DNA of 64,000 nucleotides from an uncultured bacterium (GCA_963813815.1 CAWFAD010000012.1:1-64000); one strand, 5' to 3'; shown: positions 19,773-30,261, counted from the stretch's first letter. The notes: a model not told the origin generated them from the letters alone. A program made the numbers and translations.

Positions 19773-22700
19773 CTAAAATTCCCATCGCAGCTTCACGTCG
19801 ACGTTGATCTCGTCCGATGTGTTCGAGCTTTTTCCGGACAGCACCTGCTCCGAGTACCGGATGAGCTGCGAGCGGAGCAGGATGAGGTCGCTCAGGCGAT
19901 ACTCCACCTCGAACTCGCGGGCGGTCGATATCGAGAGCGCCTGTTTGTATTTCACGTAGAGGCCCTGCGAGAGATACTTGCCGACGGCGATCTTCGTGTC
20001 CGTCCAGCCGGCGGTCCCCGACTCGGATGACGCGCTCGCGGGGGATTCGAGCTCGATCGTCACTCCCTGCATCTGGGCGTTCAGCACGCGCTCGAGGTAA
20101 TTCGTCGCGAGGTTCTGCGCTGTTCCGCGGGCGTTCCAGCTCGCGCCGGCGTCCCCCTCGCCGTCGACGACGCCGCCGCCGAGCATCACCCAGATGTCCG
20201 TCTCGCTGTATCCGGCGTCCTCGTGGGAGAGCGTGAGCCGCGGCTCCTGATCGTCCTGGTGCCACGCGATCGTGAGATAGATCCGGCGCCCTTCGGGATC
20301 CCTCGTTTCCGCCTCGATGTCCACGACGGGCCGCGCGCTTCCGGCGACGATGAACCGGAACTGGCCGGAGCGCATGTTGAACTTATTGTTGTACAGATTG
20401 TACCATCCACGGACGAGATCGATATCCCCTCGAAAATACGTGCCGCCCCGGTCGTGATGCAACGTGACGTCGCCCCGGAGCTCGATCTGGGCGTCGTCGG
20501 TCCTGACCCTCGTTTCCCCGGGGATATGCAGATCCACGGCGGCGACGAACGAGGGGGCGGCGATCGTCGGCCCGCCGTCCCCCGATCCGATCTTCGCGGT
20601 GTCGTAATAAATATCCGCCCGGTCGACGGTGCAGGCGCCCGTGACGTTCGGAACGATCCGGCCGTCGACCGAGGCCGTCGTCGCGCGAAGGGTTCCCGTG
20701 ACGACGGCCGTCATGTCGGCGAAACTCTCGATGGTGAAGCGGGAGAGCTTCGCCGAGAGATCGTACCGGGCAGGCTTCCACCCGCTGAGCGCTATCGTGC
20801 CGCCGGCGCTCACGCTTCCCTTCTTGCCCCGCTTGGCGTCGAGCCGGGCGATCGTGACAAGCGAGTCGGCGATGCCGATCGACGCGTTGAGCGCCGTGTA
20901 TCGCTCCTCCATGCCCGCGATCCTGAGGCTCGCGTCCCTGATCGTCGCCTCGCCGGTGAGATGCGGATCGTCCACGGTTCCCGTCACGCCGAATTTCACC
21001 GCGTATCGCCCCGACGCCTCCGCGACGCGGTTCGTGAGCGAAAGCACTTCGGCGAAATCCCCTTCGGGAATATCCACGGCGAGCGAGAGCGACCGGGTTC
21101 GATCGAGCGAGTAGAGAAAGGAGGCCGGAGCCACGGGGAAGCTCCCCCGGAAGCTTCCCCGGTGCTCGCTCGAAAGGACGAGGATCCCTTCGGCCTCGAT
21201 GGAACGCCGGTCGAGCCGCAGCTCACAGTCGATTTCGGGGACCGACAGGGATCCCCTCGCGAGGTCGCGAACCGCCCCCCTGAACTCGACGATCGGATGC
21301 ACGAGAGAGTCGCGAACCGAGAGCACGCCGTCGAGCCGCCCGGCGGTGATGCCCGGCACGCGGGCGAGCGACAGAAGCGGCGCCGCCTTGAGGTCGCTGC
21401 AAACCGCTTCGAGGGAAACGACCGCCGACGCCGTCGCTTCACGGCGTCCCCGCAGCGCGTCGCGGAAGGAAACGCCCGCGATCTCCCCGTCGAGGGACAG
21501 GCCTCCCGACGGCGAGGCGATCTCGAGCGAATCTATCCTGAGGCGCCCCGCGCCGTAGGAAGCGATGAGCCTCGCCGCGTCGACGGCGAAGGTATCGACC
21601 CGCCCGTCCTCGAGCTCGCACCGCACGGAGAGGGCGGGATCGGAGAGCGGCCCCGCGCAGGTCGCCGCCCCCCGGATGCGTCCATCGAGCGGGAGCGGCG
21701 CGATACCCGCCCGGCCCAGCAGCCCGAGCGTCAGACGGTCGAACCGGACCGTTCCGTCGAGCGTTTCCCCGCCGAAACCCCAAGCGAGATCCGCGATAAC
21801 GGCCCCCTCGCGCGAGTGAAACTGCACGTCCTCGAAGCGCGCGGTGTCTCCGGCGATCGCGATCGTCCGTCCGCCCGCCGCTACCCATCGCTCTCCGAGA
21901 GCGCCGAGCTCGCAATCGCCGATGCGGATCGTCGCCCCGTCCCGCTCGTTCCCGATGTCCGCCGTCATCGACGCCGAGAGATCGCGGCCGGCGAGGGACA
22001 GATTCTTGATGCGCGTGAGCGGATCCTCATATTCGAGCGAGAGGGCGAGACTGTCGAAAGCGAACGGCCCGACGCGGTAGAGCAGCCCGTCGACGTCGCA
22101 GAGCACGCGGTAGCGCTCCCGCTTCTCGATGGCGAGCCTGACGGCCCCCGTCGAGAGCAGCGTCCCGTAGTACTCGAAGTCGCGGGCCTCCCCGCTCATC
22201 CGCAGATCGAACTCGTCGAAGGTCCCCTCCACGATGCCGTTGAGGCTCGCGTCCGTGCGATAGGGCTCGATGTCGAAATACGCGAAGAGCGGCGACGTGC
22301 TCTCGACCTCCGCGTTCATGATGAACGAGATCGTTTCGCCGTCGAAGATGAATCCATTCGCCGAAACCCGGTGCTCCGGATGCGACAGATCGATCTCCGC
22401 GAACCGGAGCGTGTCGGCTCCGTACGATCCTCGAACCCACGCCTCCGCGAACGGCACGCCTCTGAACTGCCCGCCTCCGAGGTCGAGCATGAACGAGGCG
22501 TCGAGCGGATCGAGCCGGCAGGAAACGTCGACCGCGCCGGTGAAATCAGAGGCGGGCAGATCCGCGCCGGGCAGGAATCCCCGGCTGATGTCGAGATGCT
22601 CCACGTCGAGGGCGAGCTCGACCGTTCGGGGCGCCTCGATACCGACGCTGCCACGCCCCGAAAGCAGGGCGCCGTTCACGCGGCCGCTCACGTCGGCGAT

Positions 22701-23678
22701 TTCGATCGTTCCCCCGTCCCGCATCGCGTCGAACCGGAATTCCTCGAGCGCGTACCCGCGCACGGCGCCGTCGGCGACGCCCCACACGCGGAGCCGCTCC
22801 GGCGGGCCCACGAGCGTGAACACGCCCTCGACCTCCCCCCATCCTCCGCCTTCGCGGCCCGCGAGACGCGCGATCTCGTCGATGTCGAGCGGCGCGGCGC
22901 GCGCGACGACGTTGATGAGCCGCCCGTCCTCGACCACGCTCCCGTCGAGCACGAGGAAAGACTGCTCGAGCGATACGGCGAGGCTGTCGAGGAGATACTT
23001 CGTGCTCGTCGCCTCTCCCGATCCGCCCCGAGCGCGCACGCGGGTATACCCGAACTCTCCCGAAAGGCTTCGAACCACGAATCTCCGGGAGGATTCCACG
23101 GCCGATCCGCGCGACAGCGCGATGCGCACGCCTTCCGCCCCGGAGCGCATCGATCCCGAGAGATTGACCTCCGCGACGTCCATCCCCTCCCCGTCCCCGC
23201 GGACCGCGAGCGATCCGTCGTGTATGGAAAAGCGCTCGATCCCGTACGTCGAGAAACCGCCCGATCCGAACGACGGAAGGACGTACCGCCCGGTCGAATC
23301 GGCGGCGAGCCGCAGCACCGGATTCACGATGATGATCTCGTCCACCCGGTGCCCCGCCCCGAGGGCGGAACCGATCGAGAACCGGCAGGTCACCTCGTCG
23401 GCCCGAAACAGCTCGAAGGCGCTCGCGGCGCCCCCCCGGTAGGTGATGCGGAGATTTCGCAGCGTGACGTCGCGAACGATGCTCCCCTCGAAATTGTCGA
23501 TGGAGACGGTGAACGGCTGCCCCCCAAACAGATGTTTGGTGACGAGCCTGCCGGCCGCCCCGGCGAAGAAATCGGTCCTCAGAAAGAGGTACGAGACGAC
23601 GATGATCGCCAGCAGAACGCCGAGCGCGAGCGATACCCACGACATCGCCCGCCGCCCTCTGCTCGCCCTCTGCTCCAT
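19773..23678 (-). CDS. tamB: TamB/AsmA-like translocation and assembly module protein
   Basis: N-terminal TM anchor, about 1300 aa beta-rich body, C-terminal DUF490-like VGKYLS..LYVKY..VEYRL; adjacent to an Omp85 gene. Confidence 0.82.
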   Translation of the reverse strand: MEQRASRGRRAMSWVSLALGVLLAIIVVSYLFLRTDFFAGAAGRLVTKHLFGGQPFTVSIDNFEGSIVRDVTLRNLRITYRGGAASAFELFRADEVTCRFSIGSALGAGHRVDEIIIVNPVLRLAADSTGRYVLPSFGSGGFSTYGIERFSIHDGSLAVRGDGEGMDVAEVNLSGSMRSGAEGVRIALSRGSAVESSRRFVVRSLSGEFGYTRVRARGGSGEATSTKYLLDSLAVSLEQSFLVLDGSVVEDGRLINVVARAAPLDIDEIARLAGREGGGWGEVEGVFTLVGPPERLRVWGVADGAVRGYALEEFRFDAMRDGGTIEIADVSGRVNGALLSGRGSVGIEAPRTVELALDVEHLDISRGFLPGADLPASDFTGAVDVSCRLDPLDASFMLDLGGGQFRGVPFAEAWVRGSYGADTLRFAEIDLSHPEHRVSANGFIFDGETISFIMNAEVESTSPLFAYFDIEPYRTDASLNGIVEGTFDEFDLRMSGEARDFEYYGTLLSTGAVRLAIEKRERYRVLCDVDGLLYRVGPFAFDSLALSLEYEDPLTRIKNLSLAGRDLSASMTADIGNERDGATIRIGDCELGALGERWVAAGGRTIAIAGDTARFEDVQFHSREGAVIADLAWGFGGETLDGTVRFDRLTLGLLGRAGIAPLPLDGRIRGAATCAGPLSDPALSVRCELEDGRVDTFAVDAARLIASYGAGRLRIDSLEIASPSGGLSLDGEIAGVSFRDALRGRREATASAVVSLEAVCSDLKAAPLLSLARVPGITAGRLDGVLSVRDSLVHPIVEFRGAVRDLARGSLSVPEIDCELRLDRRSIEAEGILVLSSEHRGSFRGSFPVAPASFLYSLDRTRSLSLAVDIPEGDFAEVLSLTNRVAEASGRYAVKFGVTGTVDDPHLTGEATIRDASLRIAGMEERYTALNASIGIADSLVTIARLDAKRGKKGSVSAGGTIALSGWKPARYDLSAKLSRFTIESFADMTAVVTGTLRATTASVDGRIVPNVTGACTVDRADIYYDTAKIGSGDGGPTIAAPSFVAAVDLHIPGETRVRTDDAQIELRGDVTLHHDRGGTYFRGDIDLVRGWYNLYNNKFNMRSGQFRFIVAGSARPVVDIEAETRDPEGRRIYLTIAWHQDDQEPRLTLSHEDAGYSETDIWVMLGGGVVDGEGDAGASWNARGTAQNLATNYLERVLNAQMQGVTIELESPASASSESGTAGWTDTKIAVGKYLSQGLYVKYKQALSISTAREFEVEYRLSDLILLRSQLIRYSEQVLSGKSSNTSDEINVDVKLRWEF

Positions 23679-23697
23679 TCCCTCGCTCCCCGCTCCG

Positions 23698-25608
23698 TCA
23701 GAAAATCTGTCCGAGGCTGATGTGAACGCGGTAGTCGTAATCCATGTCGGCCGTTCTGCGCAGCGGAAATCCGACGTCGAGGCGGATCGGCCCCACGGGG
23801 GTGTTGTACCGGATCCCCGCCCCCGCGCCGAGCATATATTCTTCCGGCGACGCGTCCCTCGTGCCGATCGTCCGGAGATCGCCGAACGTGACCGCCTCCG
23901 TGCTCTCCCAGACGTTGCCGCCGTCGAGAAAGAGCGCTCCCCCGAAATTCCAGCGGCTCAGATACGGGAGATCGAAGCGAATCTCCGCGTTCGTGATGAT
24001 TTGAACGCCTCCTCCGAGCGCGTCTCCGCGGTCGCTCAGGAGACCGAGACTGTTCTCGCGGTAGCCGCGAACCGAGTTGCCCCCGCCCGCGTAGAACCGC
24101 CGCTCGACCGGCAGCCCCGCTTCCTTCGAATCCCCGAAGGCCGCCGCGTATCCGGCCCGCACGCGCCACGCCCAGACGGCGGTCCGCCCGATGCGGGCGT
24201 AGCGCTGCGCCGCCCCGACGACCGAGTAATCGTTGTCCTCGCCGCCCAAGGCGCCGCCCGCCACGCTCCCCTCGGCGATATAATAGCTGCCCTGGCGCGG
24301 ATTGAAATAATAATCCCGCGCGTCGCGCATGAAGTTCGCGCCCAGGGCGCGGCGGCGCGACCGGGAATCCTCGACGTCGATGCCGCTCCGCTCGATGTCC
24401 TCGAGAGAGTAGCGAACGAGACCCGACATCTTCCGCGTGAACCGCCGCGAGAGGCTCGCCGCGAATCCCTGATCGACGACGATGTTCGGCTCGACGGTGG
24501 CGTCGCGCTCGTAGAAGGCCCCGAGGGCGAAGGTGTTTCCCGTCGAGAATACGCGCGGAAACTGGATCTGCCCGTCGTTGCGGATGTACTTGCTGCGCAG
24601 ATCGATCTCCTCGAGGGAGTACTCGTTGTCCGGAAAGAGCTGGAAGGAGTACTGCGTCTTGAGGGAGAACGCGTAGCCGCGGCCGAGAATGTTTCTCTGT
24701 CCCCATTCGCCGAACACTCTGCTTCCGTAAACGTTGCCGATGCCGAACCCGGCCTCCACGTATCCCTTCTTCCGCTCCCGCAACCGCACGACGAGATCGA
24801 CCACCCGGGCGTCGAGATCGATCGAATCGGGCTCGATGTCGACCGAGTTGAAGTACCCCGTGTCGTAGAGGTTCTGCTTGCTCTCGAGAATCCGTTTCGC
24901 CTCGAACGGCCGGCCGCTCCGGAAGGTGAGCTCGCGCCTGATGAGGCGCTCCTGCACGCCGGTCGCGCCGGTGATTCGAATGCCGCGCACGTCGACCGGC
25001 TTTCCCGGAGAGATCTCCCACACCAGATGCGCCATCAGGGAATCGACGCGCGCATCGCACCCGATATTCGAACCGAGGTACCCGCGCGCGAAAAACGTGC
25101 CGAGGAGGGTGTACCGGTCGGACTCGATCAAACCGGGGTTGTACGGACGGCCCTCGATCAGCTTCAAGCCCGTACGGAGATCGCTCTCGCCGATCACGTC
25201 CTGGCCGGCGAAATCGACCCCGGCGACGAGCGTCTGCGGCCCCTCGGTCACGAAGAGCCGGATCCTCACCGTGTTCGATCCCTCGCTCGCAATCACCGTG
25301 TCCACCGACACGGCGGCATCGAAGAATCCGTTCGTCCGGTAGAACGACTCGAGCGACCTGACGTCGCGCCGCAGAATGTCGGCCCGGTAGCGGGGCCCGC
25401 CCCAGAGGTGGTAGAAGCGAGCCTGCTTCGTGCGCATGCGGGCGCGGAGCGTCCCGTCCTCGAAGGATCGGTTGCCGAGGATCTCGATGCGCTTCACGAC
25501 GGGAAGCTTCCGGTCGAGGTCGGCCGCCCGTACGGCGGGCGCCAGCAGCGCGCACGCGACCCACGCCGCGGCCGCCCCCCGTCCCAAGGTCGAGCGGAGG
25601 CGTCTCAT
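23698..25608 (-). CDS. tamA: TamA-like Omp85 protein (about 3 POTRA domains plus barrel)
   Basis: POTRA motifs (IEILGN, FYRTNGFF, ARGYL, LYDTGYF), RFYAGGGNSVRGY, GIRYNTPVGPIRLDVG, ISLGQIF; about 636 aa from ATG 25608. Confidence 0.82.
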   Translation of the reverse strand: MRRLRSTLGRGAAAAWVACALLAPAVRAADLDRKLPVVKRIEILGNRSFEDGTLRARMRTKQARFYHLWGGPRYRADILRRDVRSLESFYRTNGFFDAAVSVDTVIASEGSNTVRIRLFVTEGPQTLVAGVDFAGQDVIGESDLRTGLKLIEGRPYNPGLIESDRYTLLGTFFARGYLGSNIGCDARVDSLMAHLVWEISPGKPVDVRGIRITGATGVQERLIRRELTFRSGRPFEAKRILESKQNLYDTGYFNSVDIEPDSIDLDARVVDLVVRLRERKKGYVEAGFGIGNVYGSRVFGEWGQRNILGRGYAFSLKTQYSFQLFPDNEYSLEEIDLRSKYIRNDGQIQFPRVFSTGNTFALGAFYERDATVEPNIVVDQGFAASLSRRFTRKMSGLVRYSLEDIERSGIDVEDSRSRRRALGANFMRDARDYYFNPRQGSYYIAEGSVAGGALGGEDNDYSVVGAAQRYARIGRTAVWAWRVRAGYAAAFGDSKEAGLPVERRFYAGGGNSVRGYRENSLGLLSDRGDALGGGVQIITNAEIRFDLPYLSRWNFGGALFLDGGNVWESTEAVTFGDLRTIGTRDASPEEYMLGAGAGIRYNTPVGPIRLDVGFPLRRTADMDYDYRVHISLGQIF

Positions 25609-25613
25609 ACCGG

Positions 25614-25642
25614 TTGACAACCCCGGAGCGGGCATGTACCGT
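25614..25642 (+). promoter_or_regulatory. putative sigma70 promoter of the lipoprotein gene
   Basis: TTGACA-N17-TACCGT. Confidence 0.45.
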
Positions 25643-25717
25643 TTTTCACCGATGAGCTCCATGCTTGATACGACGCGGTCTCGGAAGCCGCCCTCCCGCG
25701 GAGGAAGCGGAGCGCGC

Positions 25718-26062
25718 ATGAAAATGCGGGCGCTTTGGCCGCTCATGGCCGCGCTCGCCCTCCTCGTGTGTGCCTGCCAGAGCTCCGACCCCGTCCAGGC
25801 GGAAAAGGATAGAACCCTCACGCCGGACGAGCGATATCTCGTTGAGTATTATATGAAAATCATCGAATTTGAGAAACAACAGTTCGACGGCGAGGCCCTC
25901 CGCCTCGAGAAAAAAATGGAGCTCGAGAAGGAGTTCGACCTCGAGCGGGTCCGCCGCGTCGTCGCTTCGCTCGAGAAAGAACCTGAACGATGGCTCGCAA
26001 TCTACAACCGAATCAACGAATTACAGGTTCGTTCGCTGCAGGAGCCTACCGAACCACGTTGA
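25718..26062 (+). CDS. hypothetical helical lipoprotein
   Basis: MKMRALWPLMAALALLVCAC lipobox-like signal; 114 aa, charged and helical; the only plus-strand gene in this block. Confidence 0.72.
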   Translation: MKMRALWPLMAALALLVCACQSSDPVQAEKDRTLTPDERYLVEYYMKIIEFEKQQFDGEALRLEKKMELEKEFDLERVRRVVASLEKEPERWLAIYNRINELQVRSLQEPTEPR

Positions 26063-27389
26063 ATATATCCACCGTCAGTACGAACACCATCAGCAGAATG
26101 AGAATCACGAACCCGATCTGCCCGAGCGCCTGCTGAGCGCGTTTGCCGATCCTCCTCCTCGTCACGAGCTCGATGAACGCGAGAACGACGTGCCCGCCGT
26201 CGAACGGCAGTATGGGCAGCAGATTGAAGATCGCGAGATTGAGCGAGAAGAAAGCGAGGAAGTAGACGAGGTAGTTGAACCCCCACCGTATCATGTCCCC
26301 CGCCATCAGGCCGACGCGGAGGGGACCGCCGACGGCCCGCAGCGTCGCCTTGCCCGTGAAGAGCTTGTACAGGAAATCGATGATGTCCCCGAAGAGATTC
26401 GCGAAGGCCCGCCAGCCGTAGAGCGCCGATTCGGCGAACGATATCCGGACCTTGGCGTAGTAGGGGCCGACCCCGATCTGGCCCTCCTCGACGACATCGA
26501 GCCGTTCTCCCTCGGCCGCCGCCTCCGTCCCCACCGGCGTAATGGCCGCCGTCCGCACCTCCCCGTCGTACTCCCAGGTGAACCGCATCGGCGCTCCGAT
26601 ATTCGGTTTGATCATCCGTTCGAGATCCGCGAACCTCGTGACGGCCGTATCGTTGACCGAGAGAATGAGGGCCCCCGAACGAAGGCCCGCCTTGTCCGCA
26701 GGGCCGCCCTTCTTGACGTCGCCGATCCGGGACTCCAGATAGGTCTCGATGCCGATGCGATAGCTCCCCGTCTCCCCGTCGCAGCGCGGAGTCGCGGTGA
26801 TCACGAGCGTGTCGGCGCCGCGGAGAACCGTGTATCTCGTCGGCGTATCCTTTCGCCGCGCCGCGATCTTCTCGATCTGCAGCCAGTAGCGTATCGGCTC
26901 GCCCTCGAGTCCGACGATCCGGTCTCCTACCTGAAAACCGGCCTGCGCGGCGACTCCGGCGCTGTCGATTCCGCTGATCGCCGTGTTCGGGTTCACGTAA
27001 ATCCCCTCGATGTAGAGGCCGAATACGTACACGAGGAGCGCGAGAATAAAGTTCATCATCGGCCCCGCGAGCACCACGGACATGCGGCCGAGAGCGGGCC
27101 GGTTGCGGTACATCCGCTCGGGCGGCACGACGACGCCTCCGGGCAGATCCTCCCCTTCTCCCTCCCCGTCGCCGGGCTCTCCCGCGAACTTCACGTATCC
27201 CCCGAAGGGAAGGGCGCTCAGCGCGTACTCGGTCTCCCCGACTCTCTTCTTCAGGAGCTTCGGTCCGAATCCGAAGGAGAAGGTGATCACGTAGATGCGA
27301 TTGAGCTTGGCGACGACGAAATGCCCGAGCTCGTGCACCAAAACGACGATGCTCAGAACGAAGAAGAAAGCAGCGAAGGTGAGCAGCAT
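26046..27389 (-). CDS. rseP: RIP metalloprotease RseP
   Basis: HELGH, FSFGFGP, PFGGYV, two PDZ domains, FNLLPILPFDGGH. Confidence 0.95.
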   Translation of the reverse strand: MLLTFAAFFFVLSIVVLVHELGHFVVAKLNRIYVITFSFGFGPKLLKKRVGETEYALSALPFGGYVKFAGEPGDGEGEGEDLPGGVVVPPERMYRNRPALGRMSVVLAGPMMNFILALLVYVFGLYIEGIYVNPNTAISGIDSAGVAAQAGFQVGDRIVGLEGEPIRYWLQIEKIAARRKDTPTRYTVLRGADTLVITATPRCDGETGSYRIGIETYLESRIGDVKKGGPADKAGLRSGALILSVNDTAVTRFADLERMIKPNIGAPMRFTWEYDGEVRTAAITPVGTEAAAEGERLDVVEEGQIGVGPYYAKVRISFAESALYGWRAFANLFGDIIDFLYKLFTGKATLRAVGGPLRVGLMAGDMIRWGFNYLVYFLAFFSLNLAIFNLLPILPFDGGHVVLAFIELVTRRRIGKRAQQALGQIGFVILILLMVFVLTVDIFNVVR

Positions 27390-27399
27390 GAATCCTCCA

Positions 27400-28572
27400 T
27401 CATGTCGATCGTGGCGCCGCAGCCTCGCGGTGCCGGCGCGCGAGATACTCGCGCGTCCAGCGGTCCGCCGCGAGAACGTCTTCGATGTCGCGGAGCGTCC
27501 GGCGTTCATGGGCGCCGAGAGCTTCCTCGATCCATGAAACAACGGCGAGAAATCCGATCCGCCCCGCGAGAAAGGCCTCGACGGCCACTTCGTCCGCCGC
27601 GTTCAGCACGGCGGGCGCCGTGCCGCCCTGCGACGCCGCCGCGCGGGCGAGCGCGAAGGCCGGATACTCGTCCGGCCGAAGCGGCCGGAACTCGAGGCGC
27701 CCGAGATCCTCGACGCCGATGGATCGCCATGGATAGGGCCGCATCTCGGGATGGTGCAGCGCGCTCATGATCGGCAGCCTCATATCGGCCGGCGCCAGGT
27801 GCGCGATGAGCGAGCCGTCCCGCAGCCGCAGGAACGAGTGAACGATCGACTGCGGGTGCACCATGACCTCGATCGCCTCGTACGGAAACCCGAAGAGCCA
27901 GTGGGCCTCGATCACCTCGAGCCCCTTGTTGAGCAGCGTCGCGGAGTCGACCGTGACCTTCGGCCCCATTCTCCACGTCGGATGCTCGAGCACCTCCGCG
28001 ACGGTGACGCCGGCGAGATCCTCGAACCGCCGCGTGCGGAACGGCCCCCCGGAGGCGGTCAGAATGATCTCGACCGTGTCCCGCCGGTGGCCGCGCAGCA
28101 TGCGCGCGAGGCTGAAATGCTCGCTGTCCACCGGAATGATGCGATCCGGCTCCTCGCCGGCGAGCCTCGCGACGAGCTCTCCCGCGGCCACGAGCGTTTC
28201 CTTGTTCGCGAGCGCGACGCGGCAGCCGAGCTCGAGGGCGAGCACGGTCGGCACGAGCCCCGAGATCCCGACGAGGGCGTTGACGACGACGTCGGGGCGC
28301 GTCTCGCGAAGCATCGTCTCGATCCCCGCCTCGCCGTAACCGGCGGAGCGCGCCGCGAGCGGCCCGCTCCGATCGACCATCGCGTCGACCGAGGAAGCGT
28401 CCCGCAGAGTGAACCGCGCCTCGGGGAAGAGCGCCAGCTGCCCGCGGAGCTCCGCCACGTTCTCGCCGGCGGCGAGCGCCACGACCGCGAACTCGTCCCG
28501 CGCCCGGTCGAGGATCTCGAGCGTCGAGCGTCCGATCGAGCCCGTCGAGCCGAGAATGGCGACTCTTTTCAT
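27400..28572 (-). CDS. dxr: 1-deoxy-D-xylulose-5-phosphate reductoisomerase
   Basis: ILGSTGSIG, LANKE, PVDSEH, LTASGGPF, HPTWRMGPKVTVDSAT, NKGLE. Confidence 0.96.
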   Translation of the reverse strand: MKRVAILGSTGSIGRSTLEILDRARDEFAVVALAAGENVAELRGQLALFPEARFTLRDASSVDAMVDRSGPLAARSAGYGEAGIETMLRETRPDVVVNALVGISGLVPTVLALELGCRVALANKETLVAAGELVARLAGEEPDRIIPVDSEHFSLARMLRGHRRDTVEIILTASGGPFRTRRFEDLAGVTVAEVLEHPTWRMGPKVTVDSATLLNKGLEVIEAHWLFGFPYEAIEVMVHPQSIVHSFLRLRDGSLIAHLAPADMRLPIMSALHHPEMRPYPWRSIGVEDLGRLEFRPLRPDEYPAFALARAAASQGGTAPAVLNAADEVAVEAFLAGRIGFLAVVSWIEEALGAHERRTLRDIEDVLAADRWTREYLARRHREAAAPRST

Positions 28573-28598
28573 TTCCGCGTCTCCCCGCGGCGGCGACC

Positions 28599-29471
28599 CT
28601 ACCGCGCGAACAGCAGATACTTGAATACGTAATAAACGAACGGCGCCGTAAAGAGAAGGGAATCGAAGCGGTCGAGCACGCCGCCGTGCCCGGGAATCGT
28701 TTGAGAGGCGTCCTTGATCTTCGCGTCGCGCTTGATCATCGACTCGCAGAGATCCCCGAGCTGACCGAGCGCCGAGCCTCCGAGGGCGAGCCCGACCGCC
28801 GCCGCCGCGGTGAGATAGGGCGCCACGAGAGCGCGGGCGATGAAGACGCCCACGAGCGCGGCGGCGACCCCGCCCACGACACCCTCGAGCGTCTTGCCCG
28901 GCGAGATCAGCGGAAAGAGCTGACGCCGGCCGAACGTGCTGCCGATGAGATAGGCCCCCGTGTCGTAGCACCACGTTACGACGAACGCCACCGTGACGAA
29001 CGAGAAGCCGAGCGAGTAGTCGAGCCCCCGCAGGTGCGGGAGCTCGCGGATGAGAATGAGATGGCTGCCGAGCCACGCCACGTAGAACACGCCGAAGACC
29101 GTCACCGAGATGTGATAGACGGCGAGCCCCCGCTCCCGGCGCGCGAGCTCGAGCACCATGACGCCGATGAAGATGACGCTGAGGAATACGTTCGCGTATA
29201 CGCCCTGCTGGAAAAACACGTACCAGGAGAGGGCGAGGCCCCCGAGGATTCCCATCGCTTTGTACGGGCGCAGCCCCTTCGCCTCCATCATCCGGTAGAA
29301 CTCCCAGAGCCCCACGAGGATCATGATGTCGATGAGGGCGAGAAAATAGTAGCCGCCCCGTCTCGCAATAATGAACAGACAGGGCAGGAAGAGCACCGAG
29401 GCGAGAATCCGTTTCACGAGGGCGTCCGGACGCCGGAAGCGCCGCGCGGCTTCGCGCTGGTCACCGCTCAT
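28599..29471 (-). CDS. cdsA: phosphatidate cytidylyltransferase
   Basis: Multi-TM; DTGAY, SPGKTLEG, GDLCESMIKR, IPGHGGVLDRFDS. Confidence 0.95.
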   Translation of the reverse strand: MSGDQREAARRFRRPDALVKRILASVLFLPCLFIIARRGGYYFLALIDIMILVGLWEFYRMMEAKGLRPYKAMGILGGLALSWYVFFQQGVYANVFLSVIFIGVMVLELARRERGLAVYHISVTVFGVFYVAWLGSHLILIRELPHLRGLDYSLGFSFVTVAFVVTWCYDTGAYLIGSTFGRRQLFPLISPGKTLEGVVGGVAAALVGVFIARALVAPYLTAAAAVGLALGGSALGQLGDLCESMIKRDAKIKDASQTIPGHGGVLDRFDSLLFTAPFVYYVFKYLLFAR

Positions 29472-30225
29472 GATTCCCGTCCTTGAGCCCGCCGAACCGG
29501 CGCTCCCGTCCGAGATACTCGCGGACGGCGTCGAGAAAATCGCGCTCGCGGAAATCGGGCCAGAGAACGTCCGTCACGACGATCTCAGTGTACGCGAGCT
29601 GCCAGAGATAGAAATTGCTGATCCGCATCTCCCCGCTCGTTCTGATGAGCAGATCGGGGTCGGGAAGGGACGGCTCGTAGAGGTACCGCCGGAAGGCGTC
29701 TTCGTCGACGCTCGCGGGATCGATCCGGCCGGCCGCGCCGTCCGCGGCGATACGCCTCGCAGCGTCGACGATCTCGGCCCGCCCGCCGTAGCTGAGACAG
29801 AGGTTCAGGACCATTCCCCCGTTGCTGGACAACCGGCCGATCGTTTCGCGCAGCGCCGCGAGGGTTTTTTTCGGCAGCATGTCGAGGCGCCCGATGGCGG
29901 CGAGTCTGATGTCGTTCTCCCGCAACTCGAGATACTCCGAAGCGAGCACCTCGGTCAGGAAGCGCATGAGCCCCGCGACCTCGAGCCGCGGCCGCCGCCA
30001 GTTCTCGAGCGAGAAGGTGTAGAGCGAGAGCGTGCCCACGCCGAGCCTCGCCGCGCAGCGTATGGTCGCGCGCACCGCCTCGATGCCGGCCCGGTGCCCC
30101 GCCAGCCTCGGCAGATGGCGTTTCCTCGCCCACCGTCCGTTGCCGTCCATGATGACGGCGACGTGCCCCGGCAAGCGGGGATGCCCGCGGAGCTCCGCGA
30201 TGTCGCGATCGAGATTTCGCTTCAT
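29461..30225 (-). CDS. uppS: undecaprenyl diphosphate synthase
   Basis: HVAVIMDGNGRWA, FSLENWRRP, DLLIRTSGEMRISNF, RERRFGG. Confidence 0.96.
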   Translation of the reverse strand: MKRNLDRDIAELRGHPRLPGHVAVIMDGNGRWARKRHLPRLAGHRAGIEAVRATIRCAARLGVGTLSLYTFSLENWRRPRLEVAGLMRFLTEVLASEYLELRENDIRLAAIGRLDMLPKKTLAALRETIGRLSSNGGMVLNLCLSYGGRAEIVDAARRIAADGAAGRIDPASVDEDAFRRYLYEPSLPDPDLLIRTSGEMRISNFYLWQLAYTEIVVTDVLWPDFRERDFLDAVREYLGRERRFGGLKDGNHER

Positions 30226-30261
30226 GAAGCCGTCCCCGCAGCGGCGCCCCGAACGCGCGTC

